Positions 1 through 7,725 of a stretch of 59,608 nt of DNA are shown in pieces; the first letter of the stretch is position 1; each line of letters starts with the position of its first letter. The notes beneath the pieces were generated by a model, which was not told the DNA's origin, did no database searches, and was given only the letters and a program-made list of their open reading frames with translations. The stretch covers positions 1 to 59,608 of IMG/VR virus record IMGVR_UViG_3300017540_000002; one strand, 5' to 3'. The position numbers and the translations under genes are program-made. The stretch is from a virus. Taxonomy: Duplodnaviria; Caudoviricetes.

Positions 1-123
1 AGGTTCGTAGTCACCACCGTGGTGACTACGGCTCGGATTGATTGATTAGCGCCGTAGCGCGTCGATCGTCGCCGTGCCATTCCGCGACGTCCTCGTTCGT
101 TTCGAAGAATGGCGCGACGTCGG
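1..123. repeat. Terminal direct repeat / circular assembly overlap (identical to 59486-59608)
   Basis: Bases 1-123 match 59486-59608 exactly. Confidence 0.95.
7..29. repeat. 23-bp palindrome copy 1
   Basis: GTAGTCACCAC-C-GTGGTGACTAC; supplies the TAG stop of 26..256. Confidence 0.95.
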
Positions 124-256
124 AGTGGCAGTAGCAGTCGCAGTCGGCATCCGACTCGGCGTCCCAGCCGTCGCAGCCCACTCCGTTGCCCTGACACTCC
201 GCGCTCACGTTGTAGGCGTCCTCGTACCACGCATGAGCGTTAGCCACCTCAGTCAC
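26..256 (-). CDS. Hypothetical Cys/acidic-rich small protein
   Basis: 76-aa ORF in the leftward early run; ends in the palindrome. Confidence 0.55.
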   Translation of the reverse strand: MTEVANAHAWYEDAYNVSAECQGNGVGCDGWDAESDADCDCYCHSDVAPFFETNEDVAEWHGDDRRATALINQSEP

Positions 257-273
257 CCCTTCCAGTCAGTGAG

Positions 274-537
274 TCATCCGGCGCAGGCGTACCAGCCGGC
301 GGCGTGGTCGCACCCGTAGTGATCCTCCACGGCCTCCCGGATCGCGGCATCGCTGCCGTAGAGCAGGCCGTTGCAGTCGCCCCACTCGTGACCGCAGCAC
401 GGGAAGTCCTCGCACAGCCCGCCGTTGTCCTGCACGTCGCACGAGTGCCCGTTCATGAGCCCGACGTCTCGTGAGGAGAACCCGCACTCCGGGCACACCG
501 GCGCGGGGATGCGCGGGTCCAGGTGCACGCCGCTCAC
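274..537 (-). CDS. Hypothetical Cys/His-rich protein
   Basis: GTG start overlaps the upstream stop (GTGA); CPEC and CCGH motifs. Confidence 0.7.
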   Translation of the reverse strand: MSGVHLDPRIPAPVCPECGFSSRDVGLMNGHSCDVQDNGGLCEDFPCCGHEWGDCNGLLYGSDAAIREAVEDHYGCDHAAGWYACAG

Positions 538-944
538 AGCAGGGCCTCCATCGGCTCGGCGCACCAGTCCAGGAGCGCGTTGCGCAGGGTCTCCGCGTTG
601 CCGCCGTACCCCAGCGTGAGCCGCAGGATCGGCACCGCCAGCGCGGTGCGCTCACGCACCTGCCGCATCGCGCCCCTCGTGTCCGCGAGCGCCTGGGCGT
701 AGGGGTTGGGCAGGCCGTTGAAGCCGTACTCCTCGCACGCCGGGCAGATCGGGTCGTAGTCCACCCACAGGTTCGTCCCGTGGATGCACTCCGGCGGGCG
801 GAACCCTTCCTCCGCGGCGACCTTCGCCATGTGGTTCCAGTCCTCCCGCGCCCGGGCCTGCCACTTCTTGACGACGCGCACCCGGGCCGCCGCCACCTGG
901 ATCAGGCGTCGGTGCTCGTGCTCGCTGAGCGTGCTCGTGCTCAC
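534..944 (-). CDS. Hypothetical protein with Cys motifs (CIH...CPAC)
   Basis: GTG preceded by GAAGGGACAGACCA; coupled to both neighbours. Confidence 0.75.
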   Translation of the reverse strand: MSTSTLSEHEHRRLIQVAAARVRVVKKWQARAREDWNHMAKVAAEEGFRPPECIHGTNLWVDYDPICPACEEYGFNGLPNPYAQALADTRGAMRQVRERTALAVPILRLTLGYGGNAETLRNALLDWCAEPMEALL

Positions 945-1384
945 TGGTCTGTCCCTTCGCTGGTCGCAGTCACCACGGTGGTGACTTCGGGGATGAGCGG
1001 GTAGTGCGTGGTGACCGCCGCCTCCGGGCGGTCTAGCCCCCGGTACTTCACGAGCCCGGGCTCCTCCGTGGCCCGGTGCCCGGGCCGCCGTCGCCACCCC
1101 GGGTGCTTGCGCAGCGCACGGTCCACCAGGCGGCGGCGACGGTCGGCGCGCAGGTGCGACCACCGGGCAGTGCCCGGCTGCTCGCGCTCCCACACGCTCA
1201 CCCACCCCGAGGTCGCACGGTCCTGCCCGTCGAAGGACAGGCTGACGACGACGGTCACGCTGAGGTAGGGCACCACCTCGCCCGCGTCGTAGTGCCACGT
1301 GCGGATGTACGCGGGCACCGGGTCGAGGAACCCGTAGTACGTCGCGGGGTCGATGTGATGCGTCGTGGCGTAGACCTCCTTCAC
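941..1384 (-). CDS. Hypothetical protein
   Basis: GTG at 1384 overlaps the upstream stop; C-terminus reads through the palindrome (EVTTVVTAT). Confidence 0.65.
   Translation of the reverse strand: MKEVYATTHHIDPATYYGFLDPVPAYIRTWHYDAGEVVPYLSVTVVVSLSFDGQDRATSGWVSVWEREQPGTARWSHLRADRRRRLVDRALRKHPGWRRRPGHRATEEPGLVKYRGLDRPEAAVTTHYPLIPEVTTVVTATSEGTDQ
966..988. repeat. 23-bp palindrome copy 2
   Basis: GCAGTCACCAC-G-GTGGTGACTTC. Confidence 0.9.
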
Positions 1385-1695
1385 GAGACTCGCCACCCCT
1401 CGTCGGGCTCGGTGTCGGGCACCGAGTCCACGCTGTAGGCCAGGCCGAGGTCGTGGCCGCCCTCGTACCCAGGCGTGGAGGCGTAGATCGTGCCCCGCGC
1501 CTCCTCGCGCAGAGCCATCTCCTCCATCGCCGACACCGCAGCGCTGTACCCAGCGGTGGTGTCGGTCTCCGCGTCCTCGTGCTCGATGCGCTCGTCCCGC
1601 AGGTAGAGCCACGCCTCCTGCGGCGTGTCGAACACGAGCGGCGTGGTCTCCGGCAGGTAGCCGGGGGTGTTCACGGTCGCGATGTACCGGGTCAC
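1381..1695 (-). CDS. Hypothetical protein
   Basis: GTG (MTRYIATVN) after GAAAGGACAGC RBS. Confidence 0.75.
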   Translation of the reverse strand: MTRYIATVNTPGYLPETTPLVFDTPQEAWLYLRDERIEHEDAETDTTAGYSAAVSAMEEMALREEARGTIYASTPGYEGGHDLGLAYSVDSVPDTEPDEGWRVS

Positions 1696-1723
1696 GATGC
1701 TGTCCTTTCGTGAGGTTCTGGTC

Positions 1724-1746
1724 GTAGTCACCACGGTGGTGACTAC
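1724..1746. repeat. 23-bp palindrome copy 3
   Basis: Perfect copy; supplies the stop of 1743..2057. Confidence 0.95.
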
Positions 1747-2057
1747 GAGCGGTAGAGGGTGTGGCCGCCGCTGGCGACGAAGTTCGCCCAGGCGTCCTGG
1801 AGCGAGGGGGCGTAGGTGTGCTCGCCCGAGCGCAGCCCGGCACGGACGTGCGCCCACATGCGCCCGAACTCCCACGCGCTCGTGGTCTTGGCCGGCTTGC
1901 CGTCGTCGATCGTGAGGTGCCCGAGCACGGGCGGGTGGCCCTGGTCCATGCGGCCCCAGGCGTACCAGTAGGCGCTCACGTCGTCGATGAGCGTGGGGTA
2001 GGAGGCGTCGGGCAGGTCGCTCAGCGCGGTGATGACGCGGTGTGTGGTGGTGCTCAT
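1743..2057 (-). CDS. Hypothetical protein
   Basis: ATG after GAAGGGACACACC; 104 aa. Confidence 0.8.
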   Translation of the reverse strand: MSTTTHRVITALSDLPDASYPTLIDDVSAYWYAWGRMDQGHPPVLGHLTIDDGKPAKTTSAWEFGRMWAHVRAGLRSGEHTYAPSLQDAWANFVASGGHTLYRS

Positions 2058-2071
2058 GGTGTGTCCCTTCG

Positions 2072-2094
2072 GAAGTCACCACGGTGGTGACTAC
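2072..2094. repeat. 23-bp palindrome copy 4
   Basis: GAAGTCACCAC-G-GTGGTGACTAC. Confidence 0.95.
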
Positions 2095-2135
2095 GGCCGG
2101 TTGATGAGGTGGGCAGGTCTCGCCCAGCAGGAAAG

Positions 2136-2164
2136 ACGTTACCAGAAAGGCAAGTGAAAGTCAA
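2136..2164 (-). promoter_or_regulatory. SigA-type early promoter P1
   Basis: Minus strand TTGACT-N17-TAACGT with extended -10 TG. Confidence 0.8.
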
Positions 2165-2200
2165 GTGGTGGGGATGTTCCGTGACCTTCCAGCGACCGTC

Positions 2201-2464
2201 TCACACGAGGCGGCGACCGATCCGCTCGTAGTACGTGCGCACCCACTCCTTCCCCAGGCGCGGCCCGTACCGCGCAGGCTCCACGACCAGGCGCGGCCCG
2301 CGCATCACCGGGTCCGACACGTAGACCTCCCCGGTCTCGACGTCGGTCGAGAACAGCACGCTGAACGCGCGGCGACGCGGCTCCTTGATCGTGGCCGTCA
2401 CGCAGTACACGCCCGGCAGCCCGTTGAGCACGCGGACGTCACGCACTTCGATCTTCGTAGGCAC
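2201..2464 (-). CDS. Hypothetical protein
   Basis: GTG (MPTKIEVRDV) after AAAGGAGA. Confidence 0.7.
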   Translation of the reverse strand: MPTKIEVRDVRVLNGLPGVYCVTATIKEPRRRAFSVLFSTDVETGEVYVSDPVMRGPRLVVEPARYGPRLGKEWVRTYYERIGRRLV

Positions 2465-2519
2465 GGTGGGTCTCCTTTGCGAGGTAGAAAGGTGCCGAGG
2501 TTTCGTGAGGTTCCAGCAC

Positions 2520-2542
2520 GTAGTCACCACGGTGGCGACTAC
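2520..2542. repeat. 23-bp palindrome copy 5
   Basis: GTAGTCACCAC-G-GTGGCGACTAC; supplies the stop of 2539..2757. Confidence 0.95.
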
Positions 2543-2757
2543 GCCGACAGCGGCTCGTAGGCAGCGAGCAGTTCCGCGCACGGGACGCACCTGCACGCGG
2601 CCGGAGCGCGCGCGACCGTGATCGCCTGCCCGCGCCTGAGCGCCTCGTGCATCTTCGCCAGCACGGCCCACCCGCGGACGGACTCCTCCCGCGTGGTGCC
2701 GTCGGGTTGCGTGGTGCTCAGGTGGACACGGGTCATCTCTCGGAAGCCGGCGGCCAT
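2539..2757 (-). CDS. Hypothetical protein
   Basis: ATG (MAAGFREM) after GAAAGGACGC; CxCxxC near the C-terminus. Confidence 0.7.
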   Translation of the reverse strand: MAAGFREMTRVHLSTTQPDGTTREESVRGWAVLAKMHEALRRGQAITVARAPAACRCVPCAELLAAYEPLSA

Positions 2758-2779
2758 GCGTTGCGTCCTTTCGTGAGGG

Positions 2780-2802
2780 GTAGTCACCACCGTGGCGACT
2801 AC
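2780..2802. repeat. 23-bp palindrome copy 6
   Basis: GTAGTCACCAC-C-GTGGCGACTAC. Confidence 0.95.
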
Positions 2803-2930
2803 GAGGGGCGATCTTTCGTGAGGTTTCGTGAGGTTCCAGACACTCGTGACCTCACCCGCGCATGACTGTGCGCAGGTTGGGGCGCGCCCGTGGGGCCGGG
2901 GTCGGAGCCTCGCCGGCCCCACGGGCGCGA

Positions 2931-3043
2931 GCGTGTGCGTGCGCGCGTGTGTGCGCGGGCGCGCGTACGTGTGCGCGCGCGTGTGTGCGTGCGTGCGCGT
3001 AGGCGCGTGTGTGTGGGCGTGCGTGTGTGTGTGCGCGTACGCG
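2931..3043. repeat. Alternating purine-pyrimidine (GC/GT)n tract, Z-DNA-prone
   Basis: About 110 bp of GCGTGTGCGTGCGCGC... with three short interruptions. Confidence 0.85.
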
Positions 3044-3049
3044 GGGGAC

Positions 3050-3072
3050 GTAGTCACCACCGTGGCGACTAC
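3050..3072. repeat. 23-bp palindrome copy 7
   Basis: GTAGTCACCAC-C-GTGGCGACTAC with complementary G/C-run flanks. Confidence 0.95.
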
Positions 3073-3084
3073 GCCCCCCGCTCG

Positions 3085-3393
3085 TCACCGCTCCACCGGG
3101 TAGGCGACGCCGTCGATGTCGGCGAACGATGATCCGGTCCCGTTGCCGCGTTCGTCGGCCCACCACACGCAGTTCTGCGAGTCTTCCATCTCGCACGGTG
3201 GCAGTAGGTGGCCGGTCCCGTCGACGATGACCCATGAGTGAGTCCCGGGCGCGATACCGCGCGTGAGCGTGTCCGCGTGCGCGCTACCGACCTCCCACAT
3301 GAGCAGGCAGTAGATCGCGAGTCCTAGGCCGACGACGATGCCGAGGATGATGTCGGCCTTGCCTTGCCGCCGACGGCTGATGCGCGTGCTCAT
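3085..3393 (-). CDS. Membrane-anchored hypothetical protein
   Basis: ATG after GAAGGGACAGACC; basic N-terminus, one TM segment, PCxxEDSxNCxW motif. Confidence 0.8.
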   Translation of the reverse strand: MSTRISRRRQGKADIILGIVVGLGLAIYCLLMWEVGSAHADTLTRGIAPGTHSWVIVDGTGHLLPPCEMEDSQNCVWWADERGNGTGSSFADIDGVAYPVER

Positions 3394-3409
3394 GGTCTGT
3401 CCCTTCTCC

Positions 3410-3432
3410 GTAGTCGCCACGGTGGTGACTAC
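3410..3432. repeat. 23-bp palindrome copy 8
   Basis: GTAGTCGCCAC-G-GTGGTGACTAC. Confidence 0.95.
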
Positions 3433-3474
3433 GGCGCGGCCCGCTTCGGTCCCGTCCCGATTGGGCATATGCCC

Positions 3475-3503
3475 ATCTTATCAGAAAGACAAGCGAAAGT
3501 CAA
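3475..3503 (-). promoter_or_regulatory. SigA-type early promoter P2
   Basis: Minus strand TTGACT-N17-TAAGAT with extended -10 TG. Confidence 0.8.
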
Positions 3504-3520
3504 GTGAAGGCAAAGGGTCC

Positions 3521-3575
3521 CGTGAGGCGTGAGGTCCCGTGAGGCGTGAGGCTCCGTGACGTGAGGCTCCGTGAG
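3521..3575. repeat. Tandem CGTGAGG-type short repeats
   Basis: About 7 CGTGA(GG) units in 55 bp. Confidence 0.8.
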
Positions 3576-3705
3576 CCGGCCGCCGGCCAGCGCACACACG
3601 CGGCCGGACGGCGCGCCTGACTCGCACGTCACGGTGGAAGGACGACGACGCCAGGCACACACACGCGGGGCACGTACACACGCGCGCGCGTACACGCGAG
3701 CTGAT

Positions 3706-3751
3706 GGTTGAACCCTCAACAGTCGAACCTTCAACGGTTGAACCTTCAACC
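3706..3751. repeat. Three tandem 15-bp repeats (GGTTGAACCTTCAAC-like)
   Basis: ggttgaaccctcaac / agtcgaaccttcaac / ggttgaaccttcaac. Confidence 0.8.
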
Positions 3752-3762
3752 GACCGGCGGCC

Positions 3763-3822
3763 GTAGTCGCCACGGTGGTGAGTACGGCGACCGGCGGCCG
3801 TAGTCGCCACGGTGGTGAGTTC
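3763..3822. repeat. Tandem palindrome copies 9 and 10 (37-bp period)
   Basis: 3763-3785 and 3800-3822, each preceded by CGACCGGCGGCC; both have GAGT rather than GACT in the right arm. Confidence 0.9.
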
Positions 3823-3842
3823 AGCCGACACTTCCTCAACGC

Positions 3843-3872
3843 TTGACATGCACTTACCTACGTGTGTACAGT
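3843..3872 (+). promoter_or_regulatory. SigA-type rightward promoter
   Basis: TTGACA-N18-TACAGT upstream of gene 3928. Confidence 0.7.
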
Positions 3873-3927
3873 CGACTCATCGACGGCGACACCGGGTCGC
3901 CGCCACCTCTCGGAAGGATCAACTCTC

Positions 3928-4743
3928 ATGGCACGCAAGTCCGCTAAGTCCGTCGCCACCGCTCGCCGCGCCGGTGTCGCCAAGCAGAACACTCTCCCGA
4001 CCGGCGCAACCGCGGTGTCCGCGGTCGCAACGCTCGCCGCGCTGGACCGGTCCGCGCTCGCGACCCCTGAGGGTCGCGCTGAGTACCTGTACCTGTTCAG
4101 CGCCGCCGAGACGGGCGTTCAGGTCGCCGCCGAGACTGTTCGCGAGCACCGGCCTACTCTGCTGGCCGTTATCGCGGGCGACATCCTCGCGGCGCCCGGC
4201 AAGGGTCGCGACACCTACAGCCGCAAGGGCAAGATTGCCACCGCCGGTGTCCAGGTGCCTCGCGCGTCGCAGGCCTACACTGCCGCGCTCGCCGCGTCTA
4301 TGGGCCGCACGAAGGACACCGCGTCGAAGTACGTGTCCGCCGCTCGCCGTTTCCTTGCCATGATGGGCACCGTTGAGAACGGGACCGGCGACACCGCGTC
4401 GCCGCTGGACCCGACCGCGACCCCGACCGCCGAGATGATCGCGGCCGCTGATCGTGCTTGGGAGTTGGCGGCTCGCGGCGACAAGCCTGTCCAGGGCAAC
4501 GGCAACGGCAAGGGCAACGGCAAGGGCGACCCCGGCGACGGCGACCCCGGCAAGGGCGACGGCAAGGGCGAGCCGCCGGTGGCGAGCACCGAGACGATCG
4601 TTCGCGACGCGCTCCAGGCGATCGCCGCGCAAGTCGAACTGATCGCGAGCGCGCTCGCCAAGGATGAGGACTACGCGCCGACCGAAGCAGTCCGCAAGAT
4701 CAGCGCCCGCCAGGCTGAGCGCCTCGCGACCATCCTCGGCTAG
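3928..4743 (+). CDS. Putative HTH DNA-binding early protein
   Basis: ATG after GGAAGGA; 271 aa; HTH-like segment TAALAASMGRTKDTASKYVSAARRF; Gly/Asn/Lys/Asp linker. CDS confident, function inferred. Confidence 0.7.
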   Translation: MARKSAKSVATARRAGVAKQNTLPTGATAVSAVATLAALDRSALATPEGRAEYLYLFSAAETGVQVAAETVREHRPTLLAVIAGDILAAPGKGRDTYSRKGKIATAGVQVPRASQAYTAALAASMGRTKDTASKYVSAARRFLAMMGTVENGTGDTASPLDPTATPTAEMIAAADRAWELAARGDKPVQGNGNGKGNGKGDPGDGDPGKGDGKGEPPVASTETIVRDALQAIAAQVELIASALAKDEDYAPTEAVRKISARQAERLATILG

Positions 4744-4754
4744 CAACTCACACA

Positions 4755-4793
4755 ACGGGACCCCCGCCGCACACGATGCGACGGGGGTCCCGT
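4755..4793 (+). terminator. GC-rich hairpin after gene 3928
   Basis: ACGGGACCCCCG...CGGGGGTCCCGT 12-bp stem. Confidence 0.6.
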
Positions 4794-5126
4794 CACGTCC
4801 CCAGACATGCCATGAGCCGCACACAACGGGGCCCCACGGCCGCGAACACGCGCTTCCCCACCTCCTACCCCGGGTCAATCAGGAGGCGGGCGCAGGGCGG
4901 GGGAGCAGGCTGGCCGGTCGTGTTTGTTCCGTTTTCCTCCGTTTGGGGTTTTGGTGTTCTTGCTGGTGGTGGGGTTGTTGTGTTACGGGAACTCAGGGTT
5001 GCCCACGGGCGGGTAAGACTTTCTGTGTTCTAAAAAGGGGTTACTGTGATACCGTATTCTCACTATTAGCCCCTCCCGGACCCCCGTAGCGGTGGCCTGG
5101 GAGCCCCACGAAGGGACACCAACCCC

Positions 5127-5384
5127 ATGACCGACCCCTCACACACCCCAGGCGGCGGCACCACCTGCCAGGCCCTGCTCAACGGCTGCCCCAACACCCC
5201 CGTCTGGCTCGCGACCACCGTCCACGCCCACACCGAGCAGCACTGCACCACCAGGCTCGTGTGCCAGACGTGCCGCGACGACCTCATCTCCCTCGAAGCG
5301 GTCCACGCCGCCTACTACGGGAGCGCGGTCCTCGTCTGTCTCGCGCACGAGACCCGCAGCGACGTCACCTGGAGGCCCCTGTGA
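5127..5384 (+). CDS. Hypothetical Cys/His-rich protein
   Basis: ATG after ACGAAGGGACACC; first gene of the rightward operon. Confidence 0.75.
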   Translation: MTDPSHTPGGGTTCQALLNGCPNTPVWLATTVHAHTEQHCTTRLVCQTCRDDLISLEAVHAAYYGSAVLVCLAHETRSDVTWRPL

Positions 5385-5557
5385 GCAGCAAGAAGCCCGG
5401 CCGGCCCAAGGCCCTCGCCCCCAAGGACCACATCGTGCCCGTGCGGCTCACCGCCAACGGGCTGCGGCTCCTCGACGAGGTCCGCGGCGGCGTGCCCCGG
5501 TCGGTGTTCATGCGGAACCTGTTGAAGCAGCACCTGGAGAAGGGACAGCACCGATGA
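5381..5557 (+). CDS. Ribbon-helix-helix DNA-binding protein
   Basis: GTGA-coupled; GRPK hook, IVPVRLT strand, RSVFMRNLL helix. Confidence 0.7.
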   Translation: MSSKKPGRPKALAPKDHIVPVRLTANGLRLLDEVRGGVPRSVFMRNLLKQHLEKGQHR

Positions 5558-5817
5558 GGTACCGGAAGAAGCCCGTCGTCGTCGAAGCCCGACGCTGGTA
5601 CGGGCGCGACAACACCTCCGACGTCCTCGCGTGGGTCGCGCACAACGGCGGCAAGGCCCGCCTCAGCAGTCGCGACGGCGCACACCACCTGGAGGTCGAC
5701 ACCCTCGAAGGCACCACCCTCGCCAGCGAAGGCGACTGGATCATCCGGGGCGTCCACGGCGAGTTCTACCCGTGCAAGCCCGACATCTTCGAGGCCACCT
5801 ACGAGGAAGCCCGATGA
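5554..5817 (+). CDS. Conserved phage hypothetical protein (RKKPVVVEA...GDWII...FYPCKPDIF family)
   Basis: Recognisable widespread motif; RBS AGAAGGGA. Confidence 0.85.
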   Translation: MRYRKKPVVVEARRWYGRDNTSDVLAWVAHNGGKARLSSRDGAHHLEVDTLEGTTLASEGDWIIRGVHGEFYPCKPDIFEATYEEAR

Positions 5818-6071
5818 GCCACCACCCGGCGAGCCGGCGCATCCACCACGTCGGCGTCATCGCCCGCACCCTCGCCGCCCTCGGCCGGTGGGCCACCTGG
5901 CGCGGCGGCAGCACCAAGGCCGTCCTCGGGTCCATCACCCGCGCCACCCTCGCCCTCGGCATCAGCGGGTTCATCCTCGCGATGTGGGTGTGCTGGCTGA
6001 TCGTGCTGCTCTCCGGCGTCATCGCCCTGTGGATCATCGCGCTCCCCCTGATGATCACCGCCCGCTGGTAG
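5814..6071 (+). CDS. Membrane protein
   Basis: ATGA-coupled; long hydrophobic C-terminus. Confidence 0.7.
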   Translation: MSHHPASRRIHHVGVIARTLAALGRWATWRGGSTKAVLGSITRATLALGISGFILAMWVCWLIVLLSGVIALWIIALPLMITARW

Positions 6072-6101
6072 CCTGAGCACCGCGGACTGATCCTCCGAGA
6101 C

Positions 6102-6146
6102 AAGCCCCGCCTCCCCGACGTCCCTGCCCGACGGGAGGCGGGGTTT
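6102..6146 (+). terminator. Intrinsic terminator
   Basis: AAGCCCCGCCTCCC...GGGAGGCGGGGTTT. Confidence 0.65.
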
Positions 6147-6163
6147 CGTCTACCCTCAGCGGC

Positions 6164-6703
6164 ATGGCAGTGAGGATCGAGCCCGCGCTGCGGCACCTGC
6201 TCGTGCCGCTCGCCGACATCCACCAGCACCCCGACAACCCGAACAACGGCGACCTCGACGGGCTCATCGAGTCCATCACCGTCAACGGGTTCTACCAGCC
6301 CATCATCATCAACGAGCAGGGTGAAATCCTCGCCGGCAACCACCGGTACCAGGCGATGCACGCCCTCGGGGAGACACACATCCCCGCGATCCGGGTCGAC
6401 GCCGACCGGGAGAAGTCGATCCGGCTGATGCTCGTCGACAACAAGATCACCCGCAACGGGTGGGACGACGGGGCCGTCATCGAGCGGCTGCTCGCCGACC
6501 TCGCGGAGTCCGACATCGGACTCATCGGCACCGGCTGGAACGAGGACGACCTCGCGCAACTGGTTGCGTCCTCGCAAGAGCCGTTGCAGTTCGGCGGGCT
6601 CGACAGCAAGGTCGTCATGAACGTCACATGCGACAACGCCGACGCCGCGCGCGACCTCGCCGCGGAACTGATCGAGCGCGGCTACGAGGTCGACCTCGGC
6701 TGA
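6164..6703 (+). CDS. ParB/Srx-like nuclease-domain protein
   Basis: HPDNPN, SITVNGFYQPII, ILAGNHRYQA, LVDNK motifs. Confidence 0.9.
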   Translation: MAVRIEPALRHLLVPLADIHQHPDNPNNGDLDGLIESITVNGFYQPIIINEQGEILAGNHRYQAMHALGETHIPAIRVDADREKSIRLMLVDNKITRNGWDDGAVIERLLADLAESDIGLIGTGWNEDDLAQLVASSQEPLQFGGLDSKVVMNVTCDNADAARDLAAELIERGYEVDLG

Positions 6704-6737
6704 TACGGCTACCATCCCCACCAGGGAGGGTTGCCAC

Positions 6738-7298
6738 ATGCCGCGCAAGGTCGACGCGATCGACTCCAAGGACATCGAGCCGGACAAGAGCCTGCTCGAC
6801 CCCAAGGAGAAGGCCGCCATCGCCGAAGGGGACAACGAGACCCGGCGCGCTGCCGCGGTGAAGATGCGGGTCGCCGGCGCGGCCTACACCGACATCGCCG
6901 AGGTGCTCGGGTACGCGACGCCGGCCACCGCCCGCCGCGCCGTCGAGCGGGGCATCGCCGACGCCGCCGCCACCGAGGAGACGATCGAGCAGCAGCGCTG
7001 GCTCGTCGACCGGCGGCTGGAGCGGCTGTTCGCCGCCGTCAGCCCGAAGGCGCACCGGCCCGGCCCCGACCAGTTGGAGTACGCCGCCGCCGCGCTGCGC
7101 ATCCTCGACCGGAAGATGACGCTGCACCACCTCGGCGGCACCAACGTCACCGTCACGCCCAGCACCGAGCGGGTGCGGGAGGTCGTCGCGCACTTCGAGC
7201 AGTTGGCCGACCGCGGTGACGAGCAGGAGGCTGACGTCATGGCCTTCGAGGACGACGCCGAGGCCCACGTGGTCGACGCCGAGGTGGTCGAGGACTGA
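6738..7298 (+). CDS. Probable terminase small subunit (HTH)
   Basis: HTH (GAAYTDIAEVLGY) and position upstream of TerL. Confidence 0.65.
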   Translation: MPRKVDAIDSKDIEPDKSLLDPKEKAAIAEGDNETRRAAAVKMRVAGAAYTDIAEVLGYATPATARRAVERGIADAAATEETIEQQRWLVDRRLERLFAAVSPKAHRPGPDQLEYAAAALRILDRKMTLHHLGGTNVTVTPSTERVREVVAHFEQLADRGDEQEADVMAFEDDAEAHVVDAEVVED

Positions 7299-7711
7299 TG
7301 GCGAACCCGTACGGGAACATCGCCGGGGCGTCCGCGCAGTCGAAGCCCGGGTGGCAGGAGCGCCTCGTCCAGATGGTGCGGGACGCCGACACCGGGTCCG
7401 CGCGGTCCCGCAACAACCTGCGCGGGGGGAAGTTGTACGCGCAGTGCGACCCCGAGATGCTCGTGCTCACCACCGAGGCGGCGCGGTCGCGGGGCATGAC
7501 GACCGCGGCCTACATCCGGCGCGCCGTCGCCGCGTTCGTCGCGCACGACCTCGAAGTGCCGTTCGAGGAGGTCACGAAGTACGCGCCGATGCCGCTGCCG
7601 TTCGGGAAGAAGTCGGCCGACCTGTCCCCCGGCAAGACGAAGCGCACCACCGACGACGGCACCGGATTCGGTTCCTGGGAAGTAAAGGGTAGCGAAAGTG
7701 GAGTGGAATAG
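7298..7711 (+). CDS. Hypothetical protein, possible RHH
   Basis: AARSRGMTTAAYIRRAV pattern. Confidence 0.7.
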   Translation: MANPYGNIAGASAQSKPGWQERLVQMVRDADTGSARSRNNLRGGKLYAQCDPEMLVLTTEAARSRGMTTAAYIRRAVAAFVAHDLEVPFEEVTKYAPMPLPFGKKSADLSPGKTKRTTDDGTGFGSWEVKGSESGVE

Positions 7712-7725
7712 CGCACACTGGAGGC

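Noticed and set aside
1-123. 123-bp repeat as a biological terminal repeat
   Set aside because: It cuts through gene 26..256 and begins at a repeat, so it is most simply a circular assembly overlap. Read data are needed to place the real ends.
2758-3132. ORFs translating the RY tract (HTHAHT / VCVRAC)
   Set aside because: They are artefacts of a dinucleotide-like repeat and have no RBS.
7-3822. Palindrome series as a CRISPR array
   Set aside because: Spacing is irregular (mostly 260-960 bp) and the intervals contain genes. There is no cas operon; the Cas4-like gene is a typical phage exonuclease near ERF.
6164-6703. ParB-like gene as part of a parABS plasmid-prophage system
   Set aside because: No ParA and no obvious HTH. 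This short ParB/Srx type is common next to terminase genes, so it is kept only as a weak alternative binder of the palindrome.
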